Below, piece after piece: positions 10,189-17,609 of a stretch of DNA of 53,864 nt. This DNA comes from Patescibacteria group bacterium (lineage in GTDB: Bacteria > Patescibacteriota > Minisyncoccia > Phycocordibacterales > PALSA-1337). The notes beneath the pieces are model-generated. The model was not told the origin of the DNA and did no database searches. It saw only the letters and a program-made list of their open reading frames with translations. How positions within the stretch are numbered: the stretch's first letter is position 1; each line of letters starts with the position of its first letter. The position numbers were made by a program, and so were the translations under genes. The stretch covers positions 1 through 53,864 of the forward strand of contig JAGWWT010000006.1 of the NCBI GenBank assembly GCA_018970245.1, read 5' to 3'.

Positions 10189-10642
10189 GGATCTCCATCA
10201 ACCGGGCCGCCGCTTCCTGGGCCTTGGAAGGCTCCGAGGAATCCGCGGGCGGCCGCATGAGCGCCTCCATCGCGGCCTGTGCGGCCGGCGAGGCGAACAT
10301 CGGCGGAACGATGATGTTGGTTTGCTGGGCGAGCCCCGCGTTCGGCTCCTCACGTTCGAACACCGTCTTGAACACTTTCAAAGCGAAGTCCGGCTCGACA
10401 TTCTCAGCGTCGAGCGCGGCCGCCACCTTGGTTTGCGATTTCAACAGCAAGGACTTGTTGCGGGCGTGGGCGATGTCGAGGCTCGCCTTGATTTCCCGCC
10501 GGCGGAACTGCCCCTCCACCGTCTTGTGTTTCAGGTTCTTCGCCCGGGCGAAAGCCGCGATGCTCTCCCCCGCGGGTTCCCATTGCGCCTTCCACTCCGC
10601 GTAGAGCTGGGGCCAATCGGCGAGGGGAGCGATGGAAGGCAT
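10157..10642 (-). CDS. terminase small subunit (putative)
   Basis: N-terminal HTH-like segment (DW..LY.EW...SIAAFARAKNLKHKTV), helical body, upstream of terL. Confidence 0.6.
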   Translation of the reverse strand: MPSIAPLADWPQLYAEWKAQWEPAGESIAAFARAKNLKHKTVEGQFRRREIKASLDIAHARNKSLLLKSQTKVAAALDAENVEPDFALKVFKTVFEREEPNAGLAQQTNIIVPPMFASPAAQAAMEALMRPPADSSEPSKAQEAAARLMEIRDIEPGAKDA

Positions 10643-10875
10643 CAGAGATCGCCTTGCGCTCGCTTCATAGCGCTGAGGGAAGCCGAGGGTCCTTCCTTCT
10701 TTTCGGCACGCTCCTTGCCCTTGGCGGCCATCTCGCCCATCTTGGCGGCACCATACTTCTTGCGGCCGATGGAGGCGGCGACAGCGGCGGGATCCTTGAT
10801 ACCGGGCTTACCGGCCAATTGGCCTTCGAGTTTGGCGAATCGCCCTCCGCCACCGAGCTTCATGGATTTGCCCAT
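10642..10875 (-). CDS. small basic Lys/Gly-rich protein, first late gene
   Basis: GGGGRFAKL...AASIGRKKYG; coupled stop/start with the next gene. Confidence 0.75.
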   Translation of the reverse strand: MGKSMKLGGGGRFAKLEGQLAGKPGIKDPAAVAASIGRKKYGAAKMGEMAAKGKERAEKKEGPSASLSAMKRAQGDL

Positions 10876-10905
10876 TGTGGGTCCTTGAGAAAGGGTATGC
10901 GCTTG

Positions 10906-10935
10906 ACTCTAAGCGCGCTGGTGGAAGGGTGTCCA
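10906..10935 (-). promoter_or_regulatory. putative late-arm promoter
   Basis: TGGACA-N18-TAGAGT on the - strand with AT-rich upstream sequence. Confidence 0.4.
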
Positions 10936-11084
10936 TATTAATTATTTTTCAATCCTATTTTGGCCGCCGTGTCTCAATTATATTTTCAATTGTGATGCGT
11001 TCTCGTACGGGTACAGCCACTAGGCCGGCGGAGGACCCCAAGCGGGTATAGTGGTCGCGCCATGATCTGCGCGCCAAGCGCCAA

Positions 11085-11822
11085 ACGCTGAGCCCTCCGC
11101 GCGTCAACCCTCCTTACCCACCTCCTTTCAGAAGCCGCGCTAAACGCCTAGCGCTAAACGCCTAGCGTGTCCACCATTAAATTAAATAATTTATTTTATG
11201 CTGGACATGTGAAGCGCTGAGCGCTAAGCGCGTGGGCGCAATAGAAAACGCTAAGCGCGTGGCGCGGCGAGACTAGGAAAAGTGCCACTCAGAAGGGAAG
11301 CGTTTAGCGCCCCTTCCTATATAGGGAGGGGGAGGGGCAGCCGCAAAGGCAGGGCGCTTAGCGCGTGGCGCTATGTGGGGAGAAAGGGGAGTATGTGCCC
11401 ATGGGTGTCCTAGTTTAGCTTTCTCTAAACTTTCTAATGGGAGGGCTCTACTATCCTAAAAAGCGGTTTGAGTTAGGTAAGTTATTTTGTGAGATGCTTA
11501 TTTTCTTAACTCTAGATTTTACTTTTTCCCCTATTCTCCCCCTTATTCTTATTATATATATTATCTATCTATATAACTTTTTAGTCCCTTGAATGGGGGA
11601 AATAGTATAAGGGCAAGTGCCCTTTTTAAGCATCTCACAAAATACCTTACAAGATTAAACTAAACGTTTTAGCTGCCTTAGAAACCCTTTAAAAAGGCCC
11701 TCCCGGTGTTCATCCCTCTTTAAATAAAATAATGCGTTTAAAAGGCTTCTAGAGGCAGGTTAGAATATCCTTATTCTATAAGGCTTTTTAAGAACGCTGA
11801 GCGCTGAGCGCTAAGCGCTTAG
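11085..11822. other. AT-rich divergent control region, candidate origin or packaging site
   Basis: No ORFs; 24-bp inverted repeat (11477-11500/11627-11650) flanked by clustered GCGCT(A/G)A repeats. Confidence 0.6.
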
Positions 11823-11860
11823 TCCCAAGCCTTCCTCCCCGCCCCTAACTATTTCTCTTT

Positions 11861-11903
11861 AAATAAATTTTTTTATTTACTTTTTGCTAAAAGGGTGTAT
11901 AAT
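11861..11903 (+). promoter_or_regulatory. sigma70-type early promoter with UP element
   Basis: AAATAAATTTTTTTA, TTTACT (11876) and TATAAT (11898). Confidence 0.7.
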
Positions 11904-12064
11904 AATCCTCAGATAGGGACGCGCACGGACGGCGCCCCTTGGTCTTTGAAAACCTAACTAGGGCGCTCCGCCTTAAGCCTTCTTATATAAGAGGGCCTAA
12001 CGCGCAGCGCCCTAGACGCTGCTAGACGGGCGGACTATCTCCGCCCTAGCAAAGGAGTTAAGCC

Positions 12065-12481
12065 ATGAACAACGTCACGCAAGAAAGCGCCACGTCCCTC
12101 GAAGAGGGTCTCGCCATGCGCGCCCTCCGCCAGAAGGAAGCCGCGCGCAAGGGGAAGGCCCAGAAGGTCGCGACGCGGAAGGAAGGCAAGATCGTGCTGA
12201 ACGCCCTTCCGGGCGACGACGAGCCCAAGGCCCGGAAGGGCCAGAAGGTCGCCAAGGCCGTCAAGAGCAAGGCCCAGAAGGGCGCGACGCGGACGACGGC
12301 GCCCAAGGGCGAAGGGTCCGGCGCTTTGATTCGGAAGTACTTGCGCGAGGGCAAACTGAAGCCCAAGGACATCCTGACCAAGGTTCTCGCCGCCTTCCCC
12401 GATCACGTCACTACGGTTAAGGACGTGTATTGGAACCGCTGGGCGATGAAGGCCGGACGGTTCAACGCCGAGGTCGCCTAG
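12065..12481 (+). CDS. Lys-rich putative DNA-binding protein with C-terminal repeated-family domain (copy 1)
   Basis: AAGGAG RBS; KGQKVA repeats; GSGALIRKYL...FP...TTVKDVYW domain. Confidence 0.8.
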   Translation: MNNVTQESATSLEEGLAMRALRQKEAARKGKAQKVATRKEGKIVLNALPGDDEPKARKGQKVAKAVKSKAQKGATRTTAPKGEGSGALIRKYLREGKLKPKDILTKVLAAFPDHVTTVKDVYWNRWAMKAGRFNAEVA

Positions 12482-12502
12482 ACCTTGGACGTAACGCGGA
12501 GC

Positions 12503-12541
12503 GCCTAGCAGGGAGGGGACTAACTCCCCTCCCTGCTAGGC
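12503..12541. other. perfect 17-bp hairpin between early genes
   Basis: GCCTAGCAGGGAGGGGA-CTAAC-TCCCCTCCCTGCTAGGC; no U tract. Confidence 0.75.
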
Positions 12542-12584
12542 AATGCGCAGCGCCCTAGAGCTGCACCCTCAAAGGAGACCCACC

Positions 12585-12809
12585 ATGACAGAAGCGACCA
12601 TCACGACGCCCTCGGCGCGTCTCGGCATCCTCGCGCGCCTGCACGGGGCGCAAAACAAACTGGGCCTAGTCGACGCCCAACGGCGCCGGCTCGTGGCGCA
12701 AATCAGAGCTTTGGACGACAACGCCGAGGCGCTGCGCGCCGAACTGACGCGGGCTTCCCACGACCTGGCCCAACACGACGCCCACGAACAGTACCACGGG
12801 GCGGATTGA
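12585..12809 (+). CDS. small coiled-coil hypothetical protein
   Basis: AAGGAG RBS, start MTEATIT. Confidence 0.75.
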   Translation: MTEATITTPSARLGILARLHGAQNKLGLVDAQRRRLVAQIRALDDNAEALRAELTRASHDLAQHDAHEQYHGAD

Positions 12810-12928
12810 TCCTTACGCGACCAAAGGCCAGCCTTTGGTCGCGACGCGGAGCGCCTTAAAGAACGGCCCTAGCGCATGTCGGCATTCCGCCGGCATGCGC
12901 CTTCACGCAAGCAAAGGAGGACAGCACC

Positions 12929-13927
12929 ATGGCTAAAATCGATCTCAGCACCCTCGGCCTGCCCATGACCATTCCTATCGACGGGGTGGAACCCGAGCGC
13001 GCCTGCTGGAAGCTGGGTTATGAATGCGGAGACAAGAAGAGCGATCTTCGCCCCGCCTACGTCTTTATGTTCGACGGCGAACGCGTCGACGGGAACGCGG
13101 AAATACTGCGGACGAGCGAACGCGGCGAATGGACCGGGTATGGCCGCTGGATACGCGCGGCGGATCGGGCGACTTTCAGTGCGGTCTTGAAGCCCGACAA
13201 CTACGCCACGGGCGCCGACGGCGTGGCGAACGTCACGGAGCAATGGCGCGCCCGTGGCGCGTTCACGGGATTGCTGCCCATGACGCCCGAGGAGAAGCGA
13301 CTGGCCGAGCTCAACGCCGAGCGCGAGGCGCTGGAAGCGGCCGTTGAACTTAAGCGCAGGGAAGCGCAGGAAGCGCAGGAAGCCGAGATCAAAGCGCTCG
13401 CCGCGGAGCGTGAGGCGCAGAAGATCGCTGCGATAAAGGAGAAGTATGACGCGGCGGTGGCCTATGCCTTGGACCGACGGGCGCGAAATATCAGTGCCCG
13501 GACCACCCCCGCGCCTGCCATCACGGATTCGCGCCAAGCGGAACTGCAAGCGCTGATGGACAAGTGCGATCTCGGCTGCCAGCAGGCCGCGGTGACCGCC
13601 TTGGTCTCGGCGCTCGCCGGTGTCGAACTGAAGGTGGTGAAGAAAAGTGGACGCCACGCCGATCAGCGCTACGATGTCGTGGTGCTGTTGAAGAATCCCA
13701 ATAGTCATGACTATGAACTCAACACGCCGTTGCTATCGGTGGGTGACACGGGCCGAATGCTGACGTCGGCTGGTGATCAGGGCAACCACGCACCGACTTC
13801 ACGCCCGATGGAGGATGGGGATTGGCGCTGGGCGACGGACGAGGAGGCCAAGGCATTCTATGACGGTGCGTCGTGGGAGCTGCGCACGAGGATCGTCGAG
13901 ATGGTTGAGCACGACAAGGCGGCGTAA
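12929..13927 (+). CDS. early hypothetical protein (coiled coil plus C-terminal paralogous domain)
   Basis: AAGGAGG RBS; C-terminal similarity to 16805..17299. Confidence 0.8.
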   Translation: MAKIDLSTLGLPMTIPIDGVEPERACWKLGYECGDKKSDLRPAYVFMFDGERVDGNAEILRTSERGEWTGYGRWIRAADRATFSAVLKPDNYATGADGVANVTEQWRARGAFTGLLPMTPEEKRLAELNAEREALEAAVELKRREAQEAQEAEIKALAAEREAQKIAAIKEKYDAAVAYALDRRARNISARTTPAPAITDSRQAELQALMDKCDLGCQQAAVTALVSALAGVELKVVKKSGRHADQRYDVVVLLKNPNSHDYELNTPLLSVGDTGRMLTSAGDQGNHAPTSRPMEDGDWRWATDEEAKAFYDGASWELRTRIVEMVEHDKAA

Positions 13928-14002
13928 GGACCGAGGCGCCTAGGGGTAGCCCTAGGCGCCTTCCTTATTTAAGGGAGGCGACGGTCATTGATAAAATAAA
14001 TA

Positions 14003-14031
14003 TTTATTTATTTAAATCAATGTGCTAGTAT
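14003..14031 (+). promoter_or_regulatory. sigma70-type promoter
   Basis: TTTATT-N17-TAGTAT with extended TG and AT-rich UP element. Confidence 0.6.
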
Positions 14032-14081
14032 CCCTCCCACATCCGCGCCCCTAGGCGCGCCCTCGGAGAAAGGAGACACGT

Positions 14082-14252
14082 ATGGACACCTCGTTACGCC
14101 ACATCGGGGAAGGCGGCACGCACGCAGGCCACCTCCTCGTCCTCGTCAACACCGTCGTCCACTGCACCGTCTGCAACCACGACCGTTTGGAGCTCACCGA
14201 GATCGCCGAGGCGTGGCCAGGGATGGTGGTGACCCTGGAGTTGGTCCCGTGA
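14082..14252 (+). CDS. 56-aa hypothetical protein with CxxC
   Basis: AAGGAG RBS; MDTSLRH...HCTVCNH; below the ORF-track cutoff. Confidence 0.6.
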   Translation: MDTSLRHIGEGGTHAGHLLVLVNTVVHCTVCNHDRLELTEIAEAWPGMVVTLELVP

Positions 14253-14446
14253 CGGCGCCGAAGAGGGACCAGGAGCAGCGCTGGCGTCATCAGCACAAAC
14301 GGTTGCATAAGACCGTGACCGTGTTCAGCGGCTTCGCGGGTGGCGTGGCCGTGTTCACCTACCTGCAGGACCACATCACCGACTGGCGGCACGGTGTCAT
14401 GGCCGGGGCGCTGGCCGGGGTCCTGCACTTCTTCGCGGAGGATTGA
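14249..14446 (+). CDS. small membrane protein
   Basis: GTGA overlap with the upstream gene; two hydrophobic segments. Confidence 0.55.
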   Translation: MTAPKRDQEQRWRHQHKRLHKTVTVFSGFAGGVAVFTYLQDHITDWRHGVMAGALAGVLHFFAED

Positions 14447-14627
14447 CTATGTGGTGGACCGCGGGCGTCATCGCGGCGCTGCTTGTCGTCTCGAAGGTTT
14501 GGGGCGAGGACTATGACGGAGAGGATTGACCTAGCCGTCTGGATCGTGTGCGGCGCGTTGTGCTTGCGCGTGCTTCTGGCATGGTGCCGGGACGAATCCA
14601 AGCACATCCATGGAAAAGGAGAACGAC

Positions 14628-15020
14628 ATGACCACAACCAAGAAGCAGAAGCCCAAGGCGCTGAGCCCGCTGTACGGCATGACCGAAAAACAGCGCGAGG
14701 CGCTGTGGAACGACCTGCAGGACTGGCTGCGCGGCAAGGGCATGGCCTTAATGACCGACGCGGAACTGGTCACCATGAACGAGCTGGGTGGTGGTGACCC
14801 CAAGCGCAAAGAGCTGGGGCAAAGCAAGGACCAGATCCTGGTCTTCGGTCTCGGCTTCGGCGTCGACGAGGACGGGGACGAAGGGACGAGCTCTTTCCTG
14901 AGCTGCAACGGCTCGGAGGCCATGGCCGGGCAGGCGATCGAGTCCATTCTGAGCCACTACCCTGACTTGATGCGGTCTTTGCTGCCCAAGTTGTTGATGG
15001 GCGGCTTGGGCCGGCGGTAG
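14628..15020 (+). CDS. hypothetical protein (paralogue of 15203..15649)
   Basis: AAGGAG RBS; LSPLYG...GFGVDEDGD. Confidence 0.8.
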   Translation: MTTTKKQKPKALSPLYGMTEKQREALWNDLQDWLRGKGMALMTDAELVTMNELGGGDPKRKELGQSKDQILVFGLGFGVDEDGDEGTSSFLSCNGSEAMAGQAIESILSHYPDLMRSLLPKLLMGGLGRR

Positions 15021-15025
15021 GCGCC

Positions 15026-15190
15026 GTGCTCGCGGCGTTCAAGGAAGGTCTGCTGGTCGGCTGCGCCTGCGTAGGCTGTGCCGTGGCCATCGGCGGCTTG
15101 TTCATCGGCATCCTCGCCGTCGGGGTGCTGCTGGATGACTGGAAGGATCGGCGGCGCTGGATGCGCCATACCCAACCACCCAAAAATTGA
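15026..15190 (+). CDS. 54-aa single-pass membrane protein
   Basis: GTG start; long hydrophobic stretch followed by basic residues; fills the intergenic gap. Confidence 0.5.
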   Translation: MLAAFKEGLLVGCACVGCAVAIGGLFIGILAVGVLLDDWKDRRRWMRHTQPPKN

Positions 15191-15202
15191 GAGGAGAACA
15201 CC

Positions 15203-15649
15203 ATGACCAAGGACAGCAAAGAACGCGAAGTGCTCAGCCCCTTCTTCGGCTTCGACGAGGCCAAGCGCCGGCGCATCGTCGAGCGCGTCGAGGCGGTGCT
15301 GCGTGAGGAAGGGATGCACCTGCCCGACGATGCGCAGGTCGCGAAGCAGAACGAGGCCGTGAAGGCGGCGGAGGGGAAGGCCGCCACGCAGGCCGCGGCC
15401 AGCCAGTACGACCAGATGGTGCTTTACATCGTCGGCTTCGGGAAGGACGAGGATGGGGACGTGAGTACCCACGCATCACTGCGCGTCAACGCCAGCGGCA
15501 AGACCGTGCTGGATTGCTGCTGGGCCATGGTCAAAGACGATTCGAAGCTGCAGATCATGTTGATGTCCAAGCTGAGGGCGGCGCGGATGGGCGATGATGA
15601 ACCGTCCGCATCGCGCGGCTGGCGGCTCTCGGCCCTCTTCGGCCGCTGA
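15203..15649 (+). CDS. hypothetical protein (paralogue of 14628..15020)
   Basis: GAGGAG RBS; LSPFFG...GFGKDEDGD. Confidence 0.8.
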   Translation: MTKDSKEREVLSPFFGFDEAKRRRIVERVEAVLREEGMHLPDDAQVAKQNEAVKAAEGKAATQAAASQYDQMVLYIVGFGKDEDGDVSTHASLRVNASGKTVLDCCWAMVKDDSKLQIMLMSKLRAARMGDDEPSASRGWRLSALFGR

Positions 15650-15719
15650 CCATCTCCCCACGCGCTCCACGACTGATGGCATCGGTGGGGCGCGTGGGGA
15701 TCTTCTTGGGGAGGTGGGC

Positions 15720-16331
15720 ATGGGCCGGCGCGTAGGGGACAAGGAGCCTGGCTTTAAATACGCCAATGAAGATGCGCATGAGAAATGGCTGGAATACAAG
15801 CGCATTGAGATGCCGGACAAGATCCGATTCGGTCTTTGCATTCGCATGAGCTGTGATCGCCCCGTCTCGCCCGGCCATAAAATCTGCGACCACCATCTCC
15901 ACCAAATGGCGGTATCCAAGCGGGGCAACAGAAAAATGCTGCTTTCCGAAGGGTTGTGCACCTATTCACTTGCTTGCGGTCAACCCCCGGCGCTTGGCGC
16001 GAGGTATTGTGCCAAGCATCTCGAAGAATCCCGCGCAATGGTCAACGCCAGGAGCCGCGCGCTAAGGGCGGAGCGTCAGGCAGCCGGGAGGTGCATTTAC
16101 AGTGCATGTTCATCGCTAAGCGCTCCCGGGGCACACTATTGCGATGCACATTTGAATGAATACCGTGACCGCTACCATGCCAAACGGACCCGTGGGCTTT
16201 GCGGCTACGGTGGCTGCAAGCATCCGGCGGAGCCGGGTAAGACATTATGCACTGAGCACAGGCAGCGGGTACGCGAATATTACATGAAGATCCGCGCCCG
16301 ACGGGGTTCGGGCAAGAGCAAAGGAGAATGA
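15720..16331 (+). CDS. Cys/His-repeat (zinc-finger-like) protein
   Basis: Four C-x3-4-C-x9-C-x2-H repeats; GGAGG RBS. Confidence 0.75.
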   Translation: MGRRVGDKEPGFKYANEDAHEKWLEYKRIEMPDKIRFGLCIRMSCDRPVSPGHKICDHHLHQMAVSKRGNRKMLLSEGLCTYSLACGQPPALGARYCAKHLEESRAMVNARSRALRAERQAAGRCIYSACSSLSAPGAHYCDAHLNEYRDRYHAKRTRGLCGYGGCKHPAEPGKTLCTEHRQRVREYYMKIRARRGSGKSKGE

Positions 16332-16332
16332 C

Positions 16333-16803
16333 ATGTCCAAACGAGAAGTCAAGGTCGACCCATGGCTTTATACTCAAATCCTCGAGGTTACGGCGAAAGC
16401 CCGGCCGAAGCCCATCAAGGCCAAGAAGGGCGGGGGCAAGTCTGCGATGACGAAGGCCCGGAACCTGGAACGGCTCATCAATGCAGCTGATTTCGACGAG
16501 GATGACCAGGCGCCGGCCATCCGCCAAATCTGCTCCATTCTGATCGGGGCGAAGATAGGTGATGGAGGGAAGGCCGGCAAATCCACCGAGGCGTTGCCGA
16601 AACTGATCGCCGTCATCTACGGAGGCACTATTCATATCAAATACACAGAGGCGGGTGGCGACGACTGGCTGGACGAGGATGGCGACAGCTCCGACCTCAA
16701 CACGAGGGGCTACATCATCCCCACGGTCGGGCAATTGACCAAATTCCTGCGGAGCCGCAACGAGCGCTGGTGGCACCGTCTCGCCTACCTCTTGGAGGAT
16801 TGA
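16333..16803 (+). CDS. hypothetical protein (paralogue family with 16805..17299)
   Basis: AAGGAG RBS; PT..QL.KFL..RN..WW. Confidence 0.8.
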   Translation: MSKREVKVDPWLYTQILEVTAKARPKPIKAKKGGGKSAMTKARNLERLINAADFDEDDQAPAIRQICSILIGAKIGDGGKAGKSTEALPKLIAVIYGGTIHIKYTEAGGDDWLDEDGDSSDLNTRGYIIPTVGQLTKFLRSRNERWWHRLAYLLED

Positions 16804-16804
16804 C

Positions 16805-17299
16805 ATGGACAAAGCACTTCGTGGGAAGTACACAGAGGCTATCGTCAAAGCCACGGCGGCATGGATCCATAAGCCGGGCGAGAAAAAGGAACCCAAGACC
16901 ATGAAAGGAAAGCAACTGAAAAAGGTCATCGAAGACGGGAACCCCTTCGGGTGCAAGACGCGCCATGTGGCAGCGATCGTTAGCATCTTGGCCGGGGACA
17001 GGATTGATGTGGAAGTACGGGAAGGTGTGAACGACACGATCAGACGTGTCCCCGTTTTGTGCGCCGTCATTCCCACTGTCGAAGACAGTGCACATGATTA
17101 TCCTTTAGGCGAGATCTCCATCCATCTACCTGGGCTCAACAACACCCACGCACTCCGTCCGGACGGGACGGTCGGAAACAACCTGTGGCAAGAGGAGAAG
17201 GATTTCAGACGACCGACCGAAAAGGAACTGCGAAACTTCTTGGGCGAGCGAAACGATGCATGGTGGAAGGCGTTGGCAAAGAAGGCACCGCTTCCTTGA
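16805..17299 (+). CDS. hypothetical protein (paralogue family)
   Basis: GGAGG RBS; HDYPL...GN...PTEKEL.NFL..RN.AWW. Confidence 0.8.
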   Translation: MDKALRGKYTEAIVKATAAWIHKPGEKKEPKTMKGKQLKKVIEDGNPFGCKTRHVAAIVSILAGDRIDVEVREGVNDTIRRVPVLCAVIPTVEDSAHDYPLGEISIHLPGLNNTHALRPDGTVGNNLWQEEKDFRRPTEKELRNFLGERNDAWWKALAKKAPLP

Positions 17300-17370
17300 A
17301 AGTGCTGGCACTAGACACTGAAGCCCCAGCCGGTTTAAACCGGCTGGGCGCCCTTTTCCAAGGAGAACCG

Positions 17371-17607
17371 ATGCCATCGACGAAGGCCCCTAGCGTCCCC
17401 CGGAGCGCTCTAGAAGCCCCCACGGTAAAACACCAACGCCGCCCCGGGCGACCGCGGAGCGCCGAGCGCAAAGAGCAACTGTGCCTGTCCCTCCCCACCC
17501 CCTTGATTGATCTTCTGCGTGCACGGGCCGACGAGCGCGCCGTGCCGTTGGGCAGCCTGGTCGAACCGTTGTTGTGGGACCCCCGCACGCGCAAGCTGCG
17601 GGGCTGA
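17371..17607 (+). CDS. AT-hook plus ribbon-helix-helix-like regulator
   Basis: RPGRPR followed by QLCLSLPTPLIDLLRARA; AAGGAG RBS. Confidence 0.65.
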   Translation: MPSTKAPSVPRSALEAPTVKHQRRPGRPRSAERKEQLCLSLPTPLIDLLRARADERAVPLGSLVEPLLWDPRTRKLRG

Positions 17608-17609
17608 CC

